Source of the DNA: Octopus sinensis
Lineage: Eukaryota
DNA length: 64,000 nt
Direction: 5' to 3'
Assembly: GCF_006345805.1 (NCBI RefSeq)
Contig: NC_043008.1
Location: 49,352,001 to 49,416,000 of the forward strand
The translations under genes were made by a program, and so were the position numbers. Below, in pieces: positions 24,281-36,538 of this stretch (position 1 is its first letter; each line of letters opens with the position of its first letter). The notes beneath the pieces are model-generated. The model saw nothing but the letters and a program-made list of their open reading frames with translations. It did no database searches and was not told the DNA's origin.

Positions 24281-24780
24281 TAATATTCCCAAAGACATCT
24301 TGGCATTTTGGAAATGAATGAAAATATCTTGTATCCTTTAAGTCCACTTTGTGGACAAAGAACAGGGCAACCAAATGGAACCCATTGCTTCCAAGACTAT
24401 TGGAAATGTAAGAAGAAAGTTGATTGGTGAAATTAGTGAACAGGGAATTAAATTCTTCACCGAGGTGGTCTCCCAAGAATCTCTTACCTTTACACTCATT
24501 TAAATTCCTCTGTTGCTTAGTTTCAGAACTCGTTGACATTTTCCATTCAAACCTTGTTGTTCATATTCTTCTTTTACAAACTTTTACTCTTTCTTCAGTC
24601 ATTGGCCATGCTGGAGCACTGTCTCAAAGGGTTTAGCCAATCAAATTAATCTCGGTACTAATGCTGAGTAATGGGGCATGAACGAACTGATACCTGTTGT
24701 TAAGCAGTGGTGGGATACACACAGACATGAACACACAAACGCACACGCGCACACACACACACACAATGGGCTTCCATAGA

Positions 24781-25117
24781 TAATACAGTTATATATTTAA
24801 GAGATGAGGAATCATGTGCGTTATTTACATTATTTACATTATTTACATATGCCCCATGGGCCTATGGCGTAGTGGTTAAGAGTGCAGGCTACTAACACCA
24901 AGATTCCGAGTTCGATTCCAAACAGTGACCTGAACAACAACAACAACAACAACATCATCGAAAAATACCTTAGAAATGAGAACCCAGGTTCAAAATTTCC
25001 CCCAAGACATCCAATGAAAGCTGGAGGGTATATCAGCCGAAATGTTGTGTTAACAACAAACAAGAAGAGGACAAATATGCGTTGAATGTAAATAATGTAA
25101 ATAATGTAAATGATGCT
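24781..25117 (+). mobile_element. Composite insert: inverted tail segment + tRNA-like head + body + (AATGTAAAT)n tail, 12-bp TSD
   Basis: TSD ggcttccataga at 24769-24780 and 25118-25129; 26-bp perfect inverted repeat; tggcgtagtggttaagagtg..gagttcgattcc head. Confidence 0.8.
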
Positions 25118-25542
25118 GGCTTCCATAGAGTTTTCTCATACCAAATTCACCCAGAAGCCGCTGGTCACCCTAAGGCTATAGTAGAAGATACTTCCCTAAG
25201 GGTGCCATCCGAACCATCTATGTGGAACACATTACCATTATGTTTCACTCCAAGCAAGACAAAAAAAAAAACAACATGAAAACAGATAATAAAATTTATT
25301 TATTTTAAGTTGTCTCACCAACAGCAGGTCTGTTTTCTCAACTTGTATATAATCTTTAGAAGTTGAATAATTTCATTTTCCGCATTTTATTACATCATTT
25401 TATCAGCTGTCTGACATAACTGTGTGTGTATTTAACAGCAACCTGTAAAATTGTCGACTCTGTGTTATGAATCTTAGCTAAGCTATTTGCTTTTGTGATG
25501 TGAACGTGGGATAACGATTAAGTCTAACATCCAGCCCCATAC

Positions 25543-25711
25543 CTCGGTTCTTTCACCTGACGTCATCCGGCGTGTCTTTTCACAACAAAATAAGATTAAA
25601 TAATTGTTTAAACTGAACACACATAATTCTTTAATGCTTTTTTCTTCCTCATAACTAACACTGTTGTTTTTAACATTCACTTTATTAACTGTGAGATAAA
25701 ATTCAAAGACA
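25543..25711 (-). other. Candidate exon (169 nt), possibly containing the start codon MTSGERTE
   Basis: Acceptor ttttcctattttttccag, donor GAG|gtatgg; ATG at 25566 gives 8 codons to the donor. Confidence 0.4.
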
Positions 25712-25742
25712 CTGGAAAAAATAGGAAAATAGTTGGTTAATC

Positions 25743-25875
25743 TGTTGTGTCTGGGGAGAGTCATTTTCTTTTTGTGCCTTTATTATTTAACACACTCACC
25801 TGTAAAATTTCCACTTTTTTTCTCCTTATTTTTATTGTCCTAAAATTTTCGTTGCCTCTTGCAACCTTTTCAATA
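25743..25875. mobile_element. Single arm of the fold-back MITE seen at 52509-52728
   Basis: tgttgtgt.tggggagagtca..gtgcctt..tttaac.cactca..gtaaaatttccac..caaccttttcaata aligned by eye. Confidence 0.75.
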
Positions 25876-25978
25876 ATTTTGACTCTGTCCGTTATTTACA
25901 CTGCGTTCCCTTTTGTTTGTTTGTTTGTTGGTTAATCATTTGAAATAAAATCAGACACGCTCCCTATGACAACAATGT
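25800..25978 (-). other. Candidate non-coding (5'UTR-like) exon, 179 nt
   Basis: Acceptor tttctttaattttattttatag, perfect donor CAG|gtgagt; 88-nt intron to the next candidate exon. Confidence 0.45.
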
Positions 25979-26639
25979 CTATAAAATAAAATTAAAGAAA
26001 GCAAAAAGCATTATGAAATTAGCTTGAAGCCATTGTAACTTTCTATTAGTGTCACATGTGTCTATTTGTAATAATTGCAATCATTTTCTCATCTCTTTCT
26101 CTCTTCTCTCCAAAACCAAAACTGACCATTCCTGTTTTTCACTTTTGAAACACTCCCTCCAGAGGTCAGGTCATTTGAAACGTTCAGAACCTGTCTGCAC
26201 ATGTCGTGAAGTTAAAATTCTCATTGAGGAAAATGTCAGTCAAATCGTGATTACATTGAAGATAAACTTCCTAAATTTATTTGTTTCTTCTCCATGCAGT
26301 GGGTTTCTGTACTGGTATAGCCAGACAGACCTGCAAGGAAAGAAAGGTTTTGGTTTCATTCAGCTCAGCTATTTTCTCATAATCCTGTCTTGTTAAACCA
26401 TTTCCTGTCTTCCTCTTGTTCTCTCATCGGACTCTGTCACGATCTTATGCCATGTGCCCCCCCCCCCTCACTCCCTAACCCCAAACACCACCAAAGTTAT
26501 TATTTGCATGATTTTTGCAAAAATGACAATTGATGAAACAAAAACCACATTGTGGACAACAAAACCTTTGCTTGAATCATTGAATCATTGAATAATAATA
26601 ATAATAATAATGATAATGACAATAATGATAATGATAATA

Positions 26640-26835
26640 ATAATCCTTTCTACTATAGGCACAAGGCCTGAAATTTTGAGGGAGGAGATAGTTGAATACA
26701 TTGATCGCAGTATGTAACTGGTACTTAATTTATTGACTCGAAAAGGATAAAAGGTAAAGTGGACCCTGGCAGAATTTGAACTCAGAATGTAAAGACAGAT
26801 GAAATGCCACTAAGTGCATTGTCTGGTATGCTAGT
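26640..26835 (-). mobile_element. SINE B with (TTA)n tail type
   Basis: aataataatcctttctactataggcacaaggcctgaaattt. Confidence 0.85.
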
Positions 26836-27054
26836 GATTCTGCCAGCTCACCACCTTAATAATTATAATAATAACAACAATAATAATAATAAAAACAATA
26901 ATAATAATAATAGTAACAATAATAACAACAGTAATAATAACAACAATAACAACATAAAGCCCAAGAGTTCAAATCCTAGTAAAAACCATTGCATGCAACA
27001 CAATGACATTATGAAGATCATACTCATTTTCTAGTTGTTATTGTTTTTTAACCA

Positions 27055-27450
27055 TAGGCGCAGGGTGGCTGTGTGTGGTAAGTAGCTTGCTTACCAACCA
27101 CATGGTTCTGGGTTCAGTCCCACTGCATGGCACTTTGGGCAAGTGTCGTCTGTTATAGCCTTTGGTCAGCCAAATCCTTGTGAGTAGACAGAAACTGAAA
27201 GAATCCTGTCGTATATATAATGTAGACAAAATGAGAAACGAGAACATAAAAACCAAACTTTTTTTCAAACAACGAAAAAAACAAATAGAGAAACGAGATA
27301 TGCAACATAAAGAACATTCCCTTCATCAGTTGTCCCCTGTTTTATCTACTCTATGTTTCGAAGGTAAGGACAAAAGAGACCGATAGAATAAGTACTAGGC
27401 TTACAAAGAATAAGTCCTGGGGTCAATTTGCTCGACTAAAGGTCGCAGTC
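27055..27450 (+). mobile_element. SINE A with an unrelated insert in its middle
   Basis: 5' head 27055-27215, 3' end 27375-27450. Confidence 0.8.
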
Positions 27451-27924
27451 AAATTAAAGAATAAAAGAATATAGGAAAATTCTTTGTAAGACAATTCTCT
27501 ATATGGACAATGATAATGCGTATTTTTTCAAAATATAAAAAAAAATTATAAAATGTTTTATAAAAGCATTGAATATGCAAATCTTTAGTGAACATCAAAT
27601 ATTAAAACAAAATGCGATGAAGTTATTTAAAATGAAATTTTTTTTTTTATGGTGAATTTTCCTACAGCAAAAATGAACAAAATACTGGGAATGTGTTGGT
27701 TGTAGCGGAGTCAGCCATTACTCGCTTTGAAATCTTTTTATGTTCGAGTAGGATCTTTGAAAATGTCAGGAAATACAAATGCCAGTGGCACCAGATAGAG
27801 GTAAAGAACTCACTCAGGGTTGGTTAAACTGATTTAGTGTCAAGAAAATTGAAAGTGCTTCTGAGAGTCTGAAATTTAATGGTACAGTGAAAAGGGTTGC
27901 ATGTGCTAAGAAGCTTGCTGAAGA

Positions 27925-28150
27925 CAGCAAGCTGGCAGAAACGCTAGTGCGCCGGGCGAAATGCTTAGCGGTATTTTGCTCATCGCTACGTTCTGAGTTC
28001 AAATTCCACCGAGGTCGACTTTGCCTTTCATCCTTTCGGGGTCAATAAATTAAGAACCAATTACGCACTGGGGGCAATGTAATCGACTTAATTCCTTTGT
28101 CTGTCCTTGTTTGTCCTCTCTGTGTTTAGCCCCTCATGGGCAATAAAGAA
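27925..28150 (+). mobile_element. SINE B
   Basis: B core and tail. Confidence 0.9.
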
Positions 28151-28678
28151 ATAAGAAGCTTGCTTCCCAACCATGTGGTTCCTGTTAATTGTCCATCAAA
28201 TCCACTCGCCAGTCTTGGACTTTTGGCCTGTCTTGGGCTATCGGTCAGTCTTAGGCACATGCTGAAGGTGCTGCATGGTAGGACTGAACCAGTGACTACA
28301 TGGGTTGCAAAGCAAATTTCTCACCACATAACCATGTTTGCATCTATCATTAGAAACCCTCGCCCCGTCCCCCGAATGCTGGTTATAATAATTTATTTAG
28401 ACTGCTACTTGACAAAATCTATTTTCTAACCTAGCTGAGACGTTTTCCTTCTTTTCTCGAGATCTTTACATCTTTCATTTACTTTCAGTTATCTGAAATG
28501 ATGATTCTTTTTTTCTGGCTCTCAGCTCCTGCCTCACTTCAGTTATGCTTCACTCAAAATGATAACATTTCCAGTCAGCCAGACTTCATTTTTTCTTCTT
28601 GTCAATGAATGTTAACATGTTCACATATTTTTATGCTTACATGCATACATGGGATGTACACATGTACAAATGCATCTG

Positions 28679-28990
<312 letters not shown>

Positions 28991-29233
28991 CAAATGAATG
29001 TATACGTGATGTAAGGATATATCTATGAGGTGGAGCTTTGAAACAAATGAATGTGAAAAAAATACATTTAAAAAAGAATAATAAATTGCTAAAGTCTAGC
29101 AAACAGAACAACATTACAGAGTATTATGTAAGATGAAAAAGACTGTCTCCACAAACTGTTTAGCTATTCTGAGCCCTTTTACACACCATATTCCCTCCTT
29201 GTATTTTTTTTTCAGTACCCCTTGATATCATAC

Positions 29234-29274
29234 CTGCTTTGGTTCTCTGGCTTTTCCCTTCTTAAGACTATTTT
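29234..29274 (-). other. Candidate 41-nt exon
   Basis: Acceptor tttgcatactacttcag, donor CAG|gtatga; two frames open (KIVLRREKPENQS or NSLKKGKAREPKQ). Confidence 0.25.
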
Positions 29275-30109
29275 CTGAAGTAGTATGCAAAGTACTATAC
29301 CATACCTTACCATCTAATTTTACACTACTATTTTCAGCTTTCTCCTTCATGTTTTATCCCTCATTACTTTTTTATTTCTTACCACCATCCACCCAAAGCG
29401 CCCTTTGAATTCCAATACAATATTGGCTACCAATTGGTAAAGACCTCAGTAACCATTTTTTCAGAAACTTAGATGCTATGCAAGCTTAAATCATCTGCTT
29501 TCTACACTTCTTCTCTTAGTAGTTAATAGCTTTTTTTCCCACCTCCACTAAAACTACAAATGCTTACATTCCACTCAAGGAATTTCTCTCTTCTCTTGCA
29601 TGTTGTTGATTTATTAAATTTCCTGTTAAGAAAGAAAGTTTTTTTCTTTCACACGAATAAGTTCTTTTCCTTTCTTCGTTAAGTTAATATTGTAGTAATC
29701 AGTAAAGCTGATATTGTGTAAGGCATTCTTGTAATAATTGTATTAATTAGCTACAATAGTTTTGCTGTAACGAGTTGTTGTTGATTATCTTCTACTCTTA
29801 GCTCTGTTTGATCAGGCTTTTGATACAATGAAACTGGATAAACTAAATATTTAATTAGTGTTTTTAATTAGCTAGTGTTTCTAGTTTCAAGCTGCTGTTT
29901 CTAATGTCCTTATTGTGTGTGTGTGTGTATAAATTAGTGAGAAAGGATCTACAAATGTTGGGCCTCGCAGAGGGGACAACAGGGGACTGAGAGTTTTGGT
30001 GGTTTTCTCTGTTTGAAGAGACACATCAAGCTAAATAAAAATGGGGTTGCCCTTGCATACAAGCTTGTCCCCTACTCTTCTCTCCAGCTGAGCATCCCTA
30101 ATCTTGTGG

Positions 30110-30330
30110 GCCCATAAGTACTGGTGGCACGTAAATGCACCCGTGCCACTGTTGCTTGAAAGCACCTAGTACACTATGTAAAGTGGTTGGCATTAGGAAG
30201 GGCATTCAGCTGTAGAAACCATCCCAGGACAGACATAGAGACTGGGTAGCCCTTTTCAACTAGCCAGCTCCTGTCAAACTGTTCAACCCATGCCAGCATA
30301 GAAAACAGATGTTAAACAGTGGTGATGTTG
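30110..30330 (+). mobile_element. Family C copy
   Basis: Core motif. Confidence 0.8.
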
Positions 30331-30785
30331 ATGGTGATGTGTGTGTATACACACAGACACACATATAATATTACAATTAATAAGAGGAATGACCACTAAA
30401 GTGGATTCCTATACACTAGAAATAGATGTCAGATCCCCTTACCACAAAGAGTGTGTTCTCAAAATCTAACCAACTAGTCGATCGTTTGCTTAATGTACTG
30501 GTTTAGCCATCAATCACAATCTTATTGTGTCTTGGGAGGGTCATTACATCAATATTAATAACACACACACTGGTTCAATACCACTTCTTTATTGTTAGTC
30601 AGTTGGTTAAATATCTAACCAACTAATCAATCGGTTGTTAATCAAAGTTCTTTTGTCATTGTCCACAACCTATTTAGTGCCTTCCATCTCTCTCCAGGTC
30701 TTGCTCTGAGTCTGTCCAAGAATGGCCAAGAATTTATACAGTTTAACAAGAGCGAAATGTAAAACTCCTTAGATCCATTTAACAT

Positions 30786-31015
30786 TTAACCCTTGAGCAT
30801 TTAAACTGGACACATCCAGCCCGGATATTTCACTTGTTTTATGTTGAAACTGGCCGGATCCAACTTCTCACACCTTCCCTACAGTGTCATTCTAAAAATA
30901 AACGATCCCATCATTGAAAGTTTTGAAGCTACAAGATAATGCATGATTAATTCGAAGCAATGTGAATAAATAAGCTTTTCATTTGACAGAGTAATCTGAA
31001 TGCTAAGCGATTTAA
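30786..31015. mobile_element. piggyBac-like TTAA MITE
   Basis: ttaacccttgagcatt..aatgctaagcgatttaa. Confidence 0.75.
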
Positions 31016-31109
31016 TTGATTTTGACTGATTTCAATATCTCTCCACCCATGGCCAATTATTTTACAGTCATTATTCACTCTGTCAAACAATTCATAGAGA
31101 GAGAGAGAT

Positions 31110-31159
<50 letters not shown>

Positions 31160-31974
31160 CAAACAGCCTTTACAAGGAGCTGACTGGCAGTTGCTTCCCC
31201 CCACCCCATCTGTTGCTTCCAACCTGATCTTCTTAGACACCCATAAATGTTGTTCAAGTGTTGACACAAATCCACAGGGGTATAATGTTACTCCACCTCT
31301 CTCCTCTCTCCTCCTCCATTGCTGGGTTTAGTCACAGCATTTTGGGACTTTAGGTGGTTTTTTTATACCCTTTTCTTTTCTATTCATTTTTACCCCCTTC
31401 TTTGTGTGTGTGTGTGTGTGTGTGTGACAGCTGATAGCGGAAATGTTCATATGTATGTGTTTGTGTTTGAGCATGTATATATGTTAGTGTACACACACAC
31501 ACACAAGCTTGGTTGTCATGTTGATCATATAATGCAGTCTAACATTTTCATCCATTGTAAATCACTTACACAACAACAACAACAACAGCATTCCTTTCTA
31601 CTATAGGCATAAGGCTTGAAATTCGGTGGTGGGGCTAGTTGATTTCATTGACCCCCAGGGTTCAGCTGGTGCTTATTCCATTGACCTTGGTGGAGTTTGA
31701 ACTAAGAACCGTAAGGGCCATTAAGAAATGCCACTAAATAATAATTAATTCTTTTTATTGGCCACAAGGGCTTTCATAAAGTTACACTAAGAGACAAAGA
31801 CTAGCTGATACAAATGGTTTTTAAAAGCTTGTAAATAAGAAAATAACATAGAAAATTAAACAAATAAAACTCCCACAAGGGGGAGGTGCTTTAAGGTTAC
31901 TTGTGGAAAACCTCACAAAAGCCATGGGTGCCTGACCAACAGGGGCAAGAGCCTTTCTCCCTTTATTTTTCACA

Positions 31975-32170
31975 GGTGTATGCTCAGAATTGGTCCTTTG
32001 ACATTGGCCATTTTTCCAACATTCACCTACCTTTCAGCAAATTTGCTAGAAGGCAACACCTCCTGTTCCACCCTCACTTTCCCTTTTAAGGGAAACTTGA
32101 AAAAGTTTATGAAGGCTTGGCCAAAGACGAAAGAAAGTGTATTAGTTTGACGCTTGGGAAAAATAAAAAA
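31975..32170 (-). mobile_element. Tx1/L1-like LINE ORF2 C-terminal relic
   Basis: Homologous to 45200-45365 (GQAFINFFKFPLKGKVRVEQE..ILSIHL). Confidence 0.7.
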
Positions 32171-32204
32171 TTTTTTACGTTTTGAGTCTATGCTCTTCAA
32201 CAGA

Positions 32205-32470
32205 AAAGGCGGCGAGCTGGCAGGAATGTTAGCATGCTGGGTGAAATACTTAGCAGTATTTCGTCTGCTGTTACGTTCTGTGTTCAAATTCCTCCGAGGT
32301 TGACTTTGCGTTTCATCCCTTCGGGGTCGATTAAATAAGTACCAGTTACGCCCTGGGGTTGATACAATTGACTTAATCCGTTTGTCTGTCCTTGTTTGTC
32401 CCTTCTGTGTTTAGCCCCTTGTGGGTAGTAAAGAAATAGGTATTTCGTCTGCTGTTACGTTCTGAGTTAA
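32205..32470 (+). mobile_element. SINE B with partial restart after its tail
   Basis: aaagaaatag|gtatttcgtctgctgttacgttctg at 32439. Confidence 0.9.
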
Positions 32471-32519
32471 TCTCAGCTTTGTGCTTTCTGTTAAAGATTA
32501 TTATTTATTTATTCACTGC

Positions 32520-32725
32520 CCATAGGGGGCTAAACATAGAGGGAACAAACAAAGACAGACAATAGGATTAAGTTGATTAGATCGACCCCAGTACGTAACT
32601 GGTACTTATTTAATCAACCCTGAAAGGATGAACGGCAAAGTTGACCTTGGCAGAATTTAAACTCAGAATGTAAAGATAAAGCACTTTTCTCGGTGTGCTA
32701 ATGATTCTGCCAGCTCGCCGCCTTA
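32520..32725 (-). mobile_element. SINE B, inverted relative to 32205-32470
   Basis: B core on minus. Confidence 0.88.
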
Positions 32726-33049
32726 TAAAAGATTATTATTGTTGCATCAACACTTTGGATATTTCATGTGTGTCCAAGAAGAGCGAGTCAGATGCCAGAG
32801 ATCTGAGGTGATAAAAAGAGGGTCCTGAGTAGGAGTAAGAGAACCATCTTAGGTAATTAGGTAGGTGGGAGGAGAGACCCCTAAATAAAATACTGGATTA
32901 TTATTGTGATGCATCAAAAACAAGTGTCCCCTCTGTTTTTAATTATGTTGTTAAAATAGGCTCGTTTAACCTTGTTATTCTTTCTGCTGTCATCCACCTT
33001 TTGTAAAATACTTAGGAAGATGACCTTTCTCTCTCTGTCTGTCTGTCTC

Positions 33050-33470
33050 TCTCTCTCCTTCTCTTCACCTTCCTCTGGAAGTAGTATTCAAAGAAGTCGA
33101 TGAGGGCTTGGCTAAAGTGGAAAAAATCTCTGTTCTCAAACGTTTTAAGCACATCAACCAAACAATTTCCTTTTAGCATGATCACGAAATAGAGAAAGAC
33201 CCTTCCTAAACAAAGAAAGGTGGTAAGCCGATCTTCACAATATTTTCAGTTGGTAACCTTGTTAATCCTACACATATCAGCTGCTGTTTGACACAAACCC
33301 ACAAGTCAACACTGTACAAATACTGATAATGTGTGCTAAATAGTTGTTCTCATCTTGTGCAGATTACAGACAGGCCCAACTACTGGGACTTTTATGCCTG
33401 TAGTACTTGTTTCATACAGCCAAAGACCCTTCCCCACTTCAGGGGCACTCTCCAACCAAGGACTTTTGGG
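33050..33470 (-). mobile_element. Tx1/L1-like LINE zinc-knuckle region relic
   Basis: YRHKSPSSWACL*SAQDE and DLWVCVKQQLICVGLTRLPTENIVKIGLPP align with 44930-45130. Confidence 0.7.
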
Positions 33471-33549
33471 AGTTATTCATAATCCTCATCCTCAAAGCCT
33501 TCCAGAAGACACTGCTTAGACTGTCTGCCGCAACACTCACTTGTTCTCA

Positions 33550-33955
33550 GGCCATCATCATCACCATTGTTCGACCGTGGTCGAGACAATGGAATTTACT
33601 ATGTTACGCCAGACTTCACGGTCCATCATGGCATTATAGAGGTCCTGTCACTGGATGCCTGTATCCCTGGAGATTACATCAGGGTAGGAGAGTGTGCGCC
33701 CTCTGGTATTGCGAGAAGATGGCTTCCAGAGGAGGAGAGTAGAAATTACCTTGTTTTCAGCTCTACAACAATGTCCAGCAAACTGGACTCTTCTACCTTT
33801 CACAAGAGATGATACAGGTGGTAATTTCCCATTTATTTGTACTTTGGTTGAATGATGTTTCCACGAGAGATTTTGAGCTCTCATAAGGAGGCGAGTGTAA
33901 GTTCCATCCAACCGCCTCTCAAGCTTCTTTGATAACGTCCAGGTTTCTGAGAAAC
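33550..33955 (-). mobile_element. RTE-like LINE 3' end
   Basis: SETWTLSKKLERRLDGTYTRLLMRAQNLSWK..RRVQFAGHCCR..NAMMDREVWR followed by a TGATGA tail; typical C-terminus of RTE-type ORFs. Confidence 0.8.
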
Positions 33956-34387
33956 ATCATAGAAATTCAGGTCATCCATACTTCAATGTAAGATTGCACT
34001 GTAGGGTGATCCATAGATATACCATTTACTACTATCAACAACAACAACAACAACGGTTTCAAATTTTGGTGCAAGGCCAGCAATTTCATGGGCAGGGAAA
34101 GTTGATTACATCAACCCTGGTGTGTAATTGGTACTAATAACTCTTTATGAAATGTAAGGTTTGGCTTCCCTCTGACCACATTCTTCAGCTGGTTAAATGA
34201 CTTCCTAAAAAGCACAGCACTGAGCTTCCTCAGCCAGAGTTCAATGAAGGCTGTAATCCATTTTAATACATTCAGAATTAGGAAATCATAGAAATTCAGG
34301 TCATCCATACTTCAGTGTAAGATTACACTGTAGGGTGATCCATAGATATACCATTTGCTGCTATCAATATCTCATTGTTTCACAATA

Positions 34388-34593
34388 CAGTAATCCCTTG
34401 ACTATCACAGGTGTTACATTCCAAAGCCCCCTGCGGATAGGTGAAAATCCGCAAAGTAGAAAGAATACTGTATATTTTTCTCTGTTATTTTTATATTTTG
34501 TATATATTTATTTTAATATAAATGCAAAACAACCCCAACACAGGAATCACCGTAAGCTTAAATAATAAATCGCAATATGGCAAGGGATTACTG
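34388..34593. mobile_element. Tigger/pogo-like MITE
   Basis: TA|CAGTAATCCCTTG..CAAGGGATTACTG|TA. Confidence 0.85.
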
Positions 34594-34729
34594 TACACAC
34601 CAGGCAGGAGTATACTGGGCATGCTCAATAAAGTAACGTCTACAGTTTTATAAAATGTAACACGGGCAGAAATTATTGTAATAACTCTGTTTCAGACTTT
34701 TTGTGTATTCAATTTATCAACATTATATA

Positions 34730-34823
<94 letters not shown>

Positions 34824-34880
34824 ACTACAACAAACAACAACAACAATAATAATAACAACAACACTAATGATAATAATAAT
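34730..34880. repeat. (GAT)n(GAC)n(AAC)n(AAT)n compound trinucleotide repeat
   Basis: Direct inspection. Confidence 0.95.
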
Positions 34881-35450
34881 AATAAGACACCCTAATGCAG
34901 TACCAGACAATGGCTCTCATCTTAACTGATTGGAAGTGTCATCATGTACATTGTTTTATCTTAGTATAAAAGGTGGGCTACAGCAAATATTCTGCTCAAT
35001 ACCACAGATTTGCTTGTCAGTTGCTTGACCTTAACCAGTTGAACGCGTACCTTAGTGGCTGACGATATGTGCATCTCTGATGATGAGTAGAAGTAGTGGG
35101 GGGAGCATGTGTTGAGAGGAATTCTTTGGGGTTTGAATAATTCACCCTTGGAAACATGAGTGTTTCATTCAATATCATTAAACAACCCTTATTCAGGGAC
35201 CTTTTGAGTGGGATGGGCTACTCCACCTGTAGGAAATTCTAACTGGGCCCCACCTGCAAGGTCATGCGCTGTTTTTATTGATATGAGATCACCATGTCGC
35301 ACGCATATGGTTGTGATGCATGTGCCTGGTGTACCCTTATCAGACTGGTAGTCATGATGGGTATACTGGGCTTCGTATAATTGTACCCCAGTGTCACTTT
35401 GATGGCATGCACTGCTCTCTCACTCAATAATAATAATAATAATAATAATA
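34880..35450 (+). mobile_element. Unclassified retroposon-like segment ending in (AAT)n
   Basis: Complex sequence between simple repeats, ending cactcaataataataat; single copy in the window, so classification is inferred. Confidence 0.4.
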
Positions 35451-36503
35451 ATGAATGATTTCCACAATAGGCACAAGGTGTGAAGTTTTGTTGGGGAGAG
35501 GAGCAGTTGATCACATTCAACCTCAGTGCTTGATTGCTACTTGTTCCATTGACCCTGAAAGGATAAAAGATAAAGTTGATCTTGGTAGGAACTGACCTCA
35601 GAACATGAAGACTGATGAAATGCCGCTAAACAGCATATTGTCCAGTATGCTAACTCCTCCTCCTCCTTTTGATCAAACGGATCAATCCTAGTACTTATTA
35701 TTATATTGTAAAGCCTGATACTTATTCTATCGGTCACTTTTGCCAAACTGCTAAGTTACAGGGACATAAACACGCTAATTTATTAATTTTATAATACGAC
35801 ATTGATATAATAATATTGTTATTGCCTCACAAATGATTTTTGCAGTTCGAGGCCAGGAAAACAGCTCTGCCGCTTCGTTTCTAGCTGTGTTTTAGGTATT
35901 TTCCTTGCTCGGGGCTTGTCGTAACCGGTTTGTTGTAGCAAAACTATTTTCCGGTCTAATGCTTTTCCAACAGCTCTTCTTAACAGACGACATTCTACGA
36001 GAGCAATCTTTCACCCTTTTGTAACACAATCCCTTCTTGAGCTAACAAACCTAAAAGAAAACAAGAAAAAAAAAAGGAGCCAAAATGCATGTTTTACGTG
36101 TGTGTGTTCTTTAATAGGTACAAAAATGGGAATGATGGTGATGATGATGGTGGTGGTGGTGGTGGTGGTGATGTTAGATCAATCATATGTTATGACATTT
36201 GATATGGCTGGATACTATTCTAAGGAACAGAACGATGTAGCTAATGTTGGTAACATGAAGCTTATCTGCCAGCCCTCCTCCCTCGCCCCCCACCTAAGTC
36301 TACAAGAACTTTTCTAAATAAAGATGTGGCAATAAAATAAATAAATAAATAAAAATAACGAATTTTTCTATTGACAGACCTGTGGAAGACTAGTAAGTGG
36401 GGGGGGGGCATGTCAATATTAATGATGCTTACATGATTAACCTTTGGCGAAGTAGAAAGAGAAAGGTGAATTTACTGTGATTTGAACTCAGATTGGAGAG
36501 AGA

Positions 36504-36538
<35 letters not shown>

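Noticed and set aside
24352-24500. 65-nt plus-strand exon-like segment (all frames open) and a strong minus donor AAG|gtaaga at 24488
   Set aside because: Mutually conflicting strands, no recognisable product, and the minus donor lacks an acceptor
27300-27365. Minus-strand cgaaac..ctgatga pair suggesting a hammerhead ribozyme
   Set aside because: Stems I and II cannot be formed convincingly; treated only as a possible decayed Penelope-like fragment
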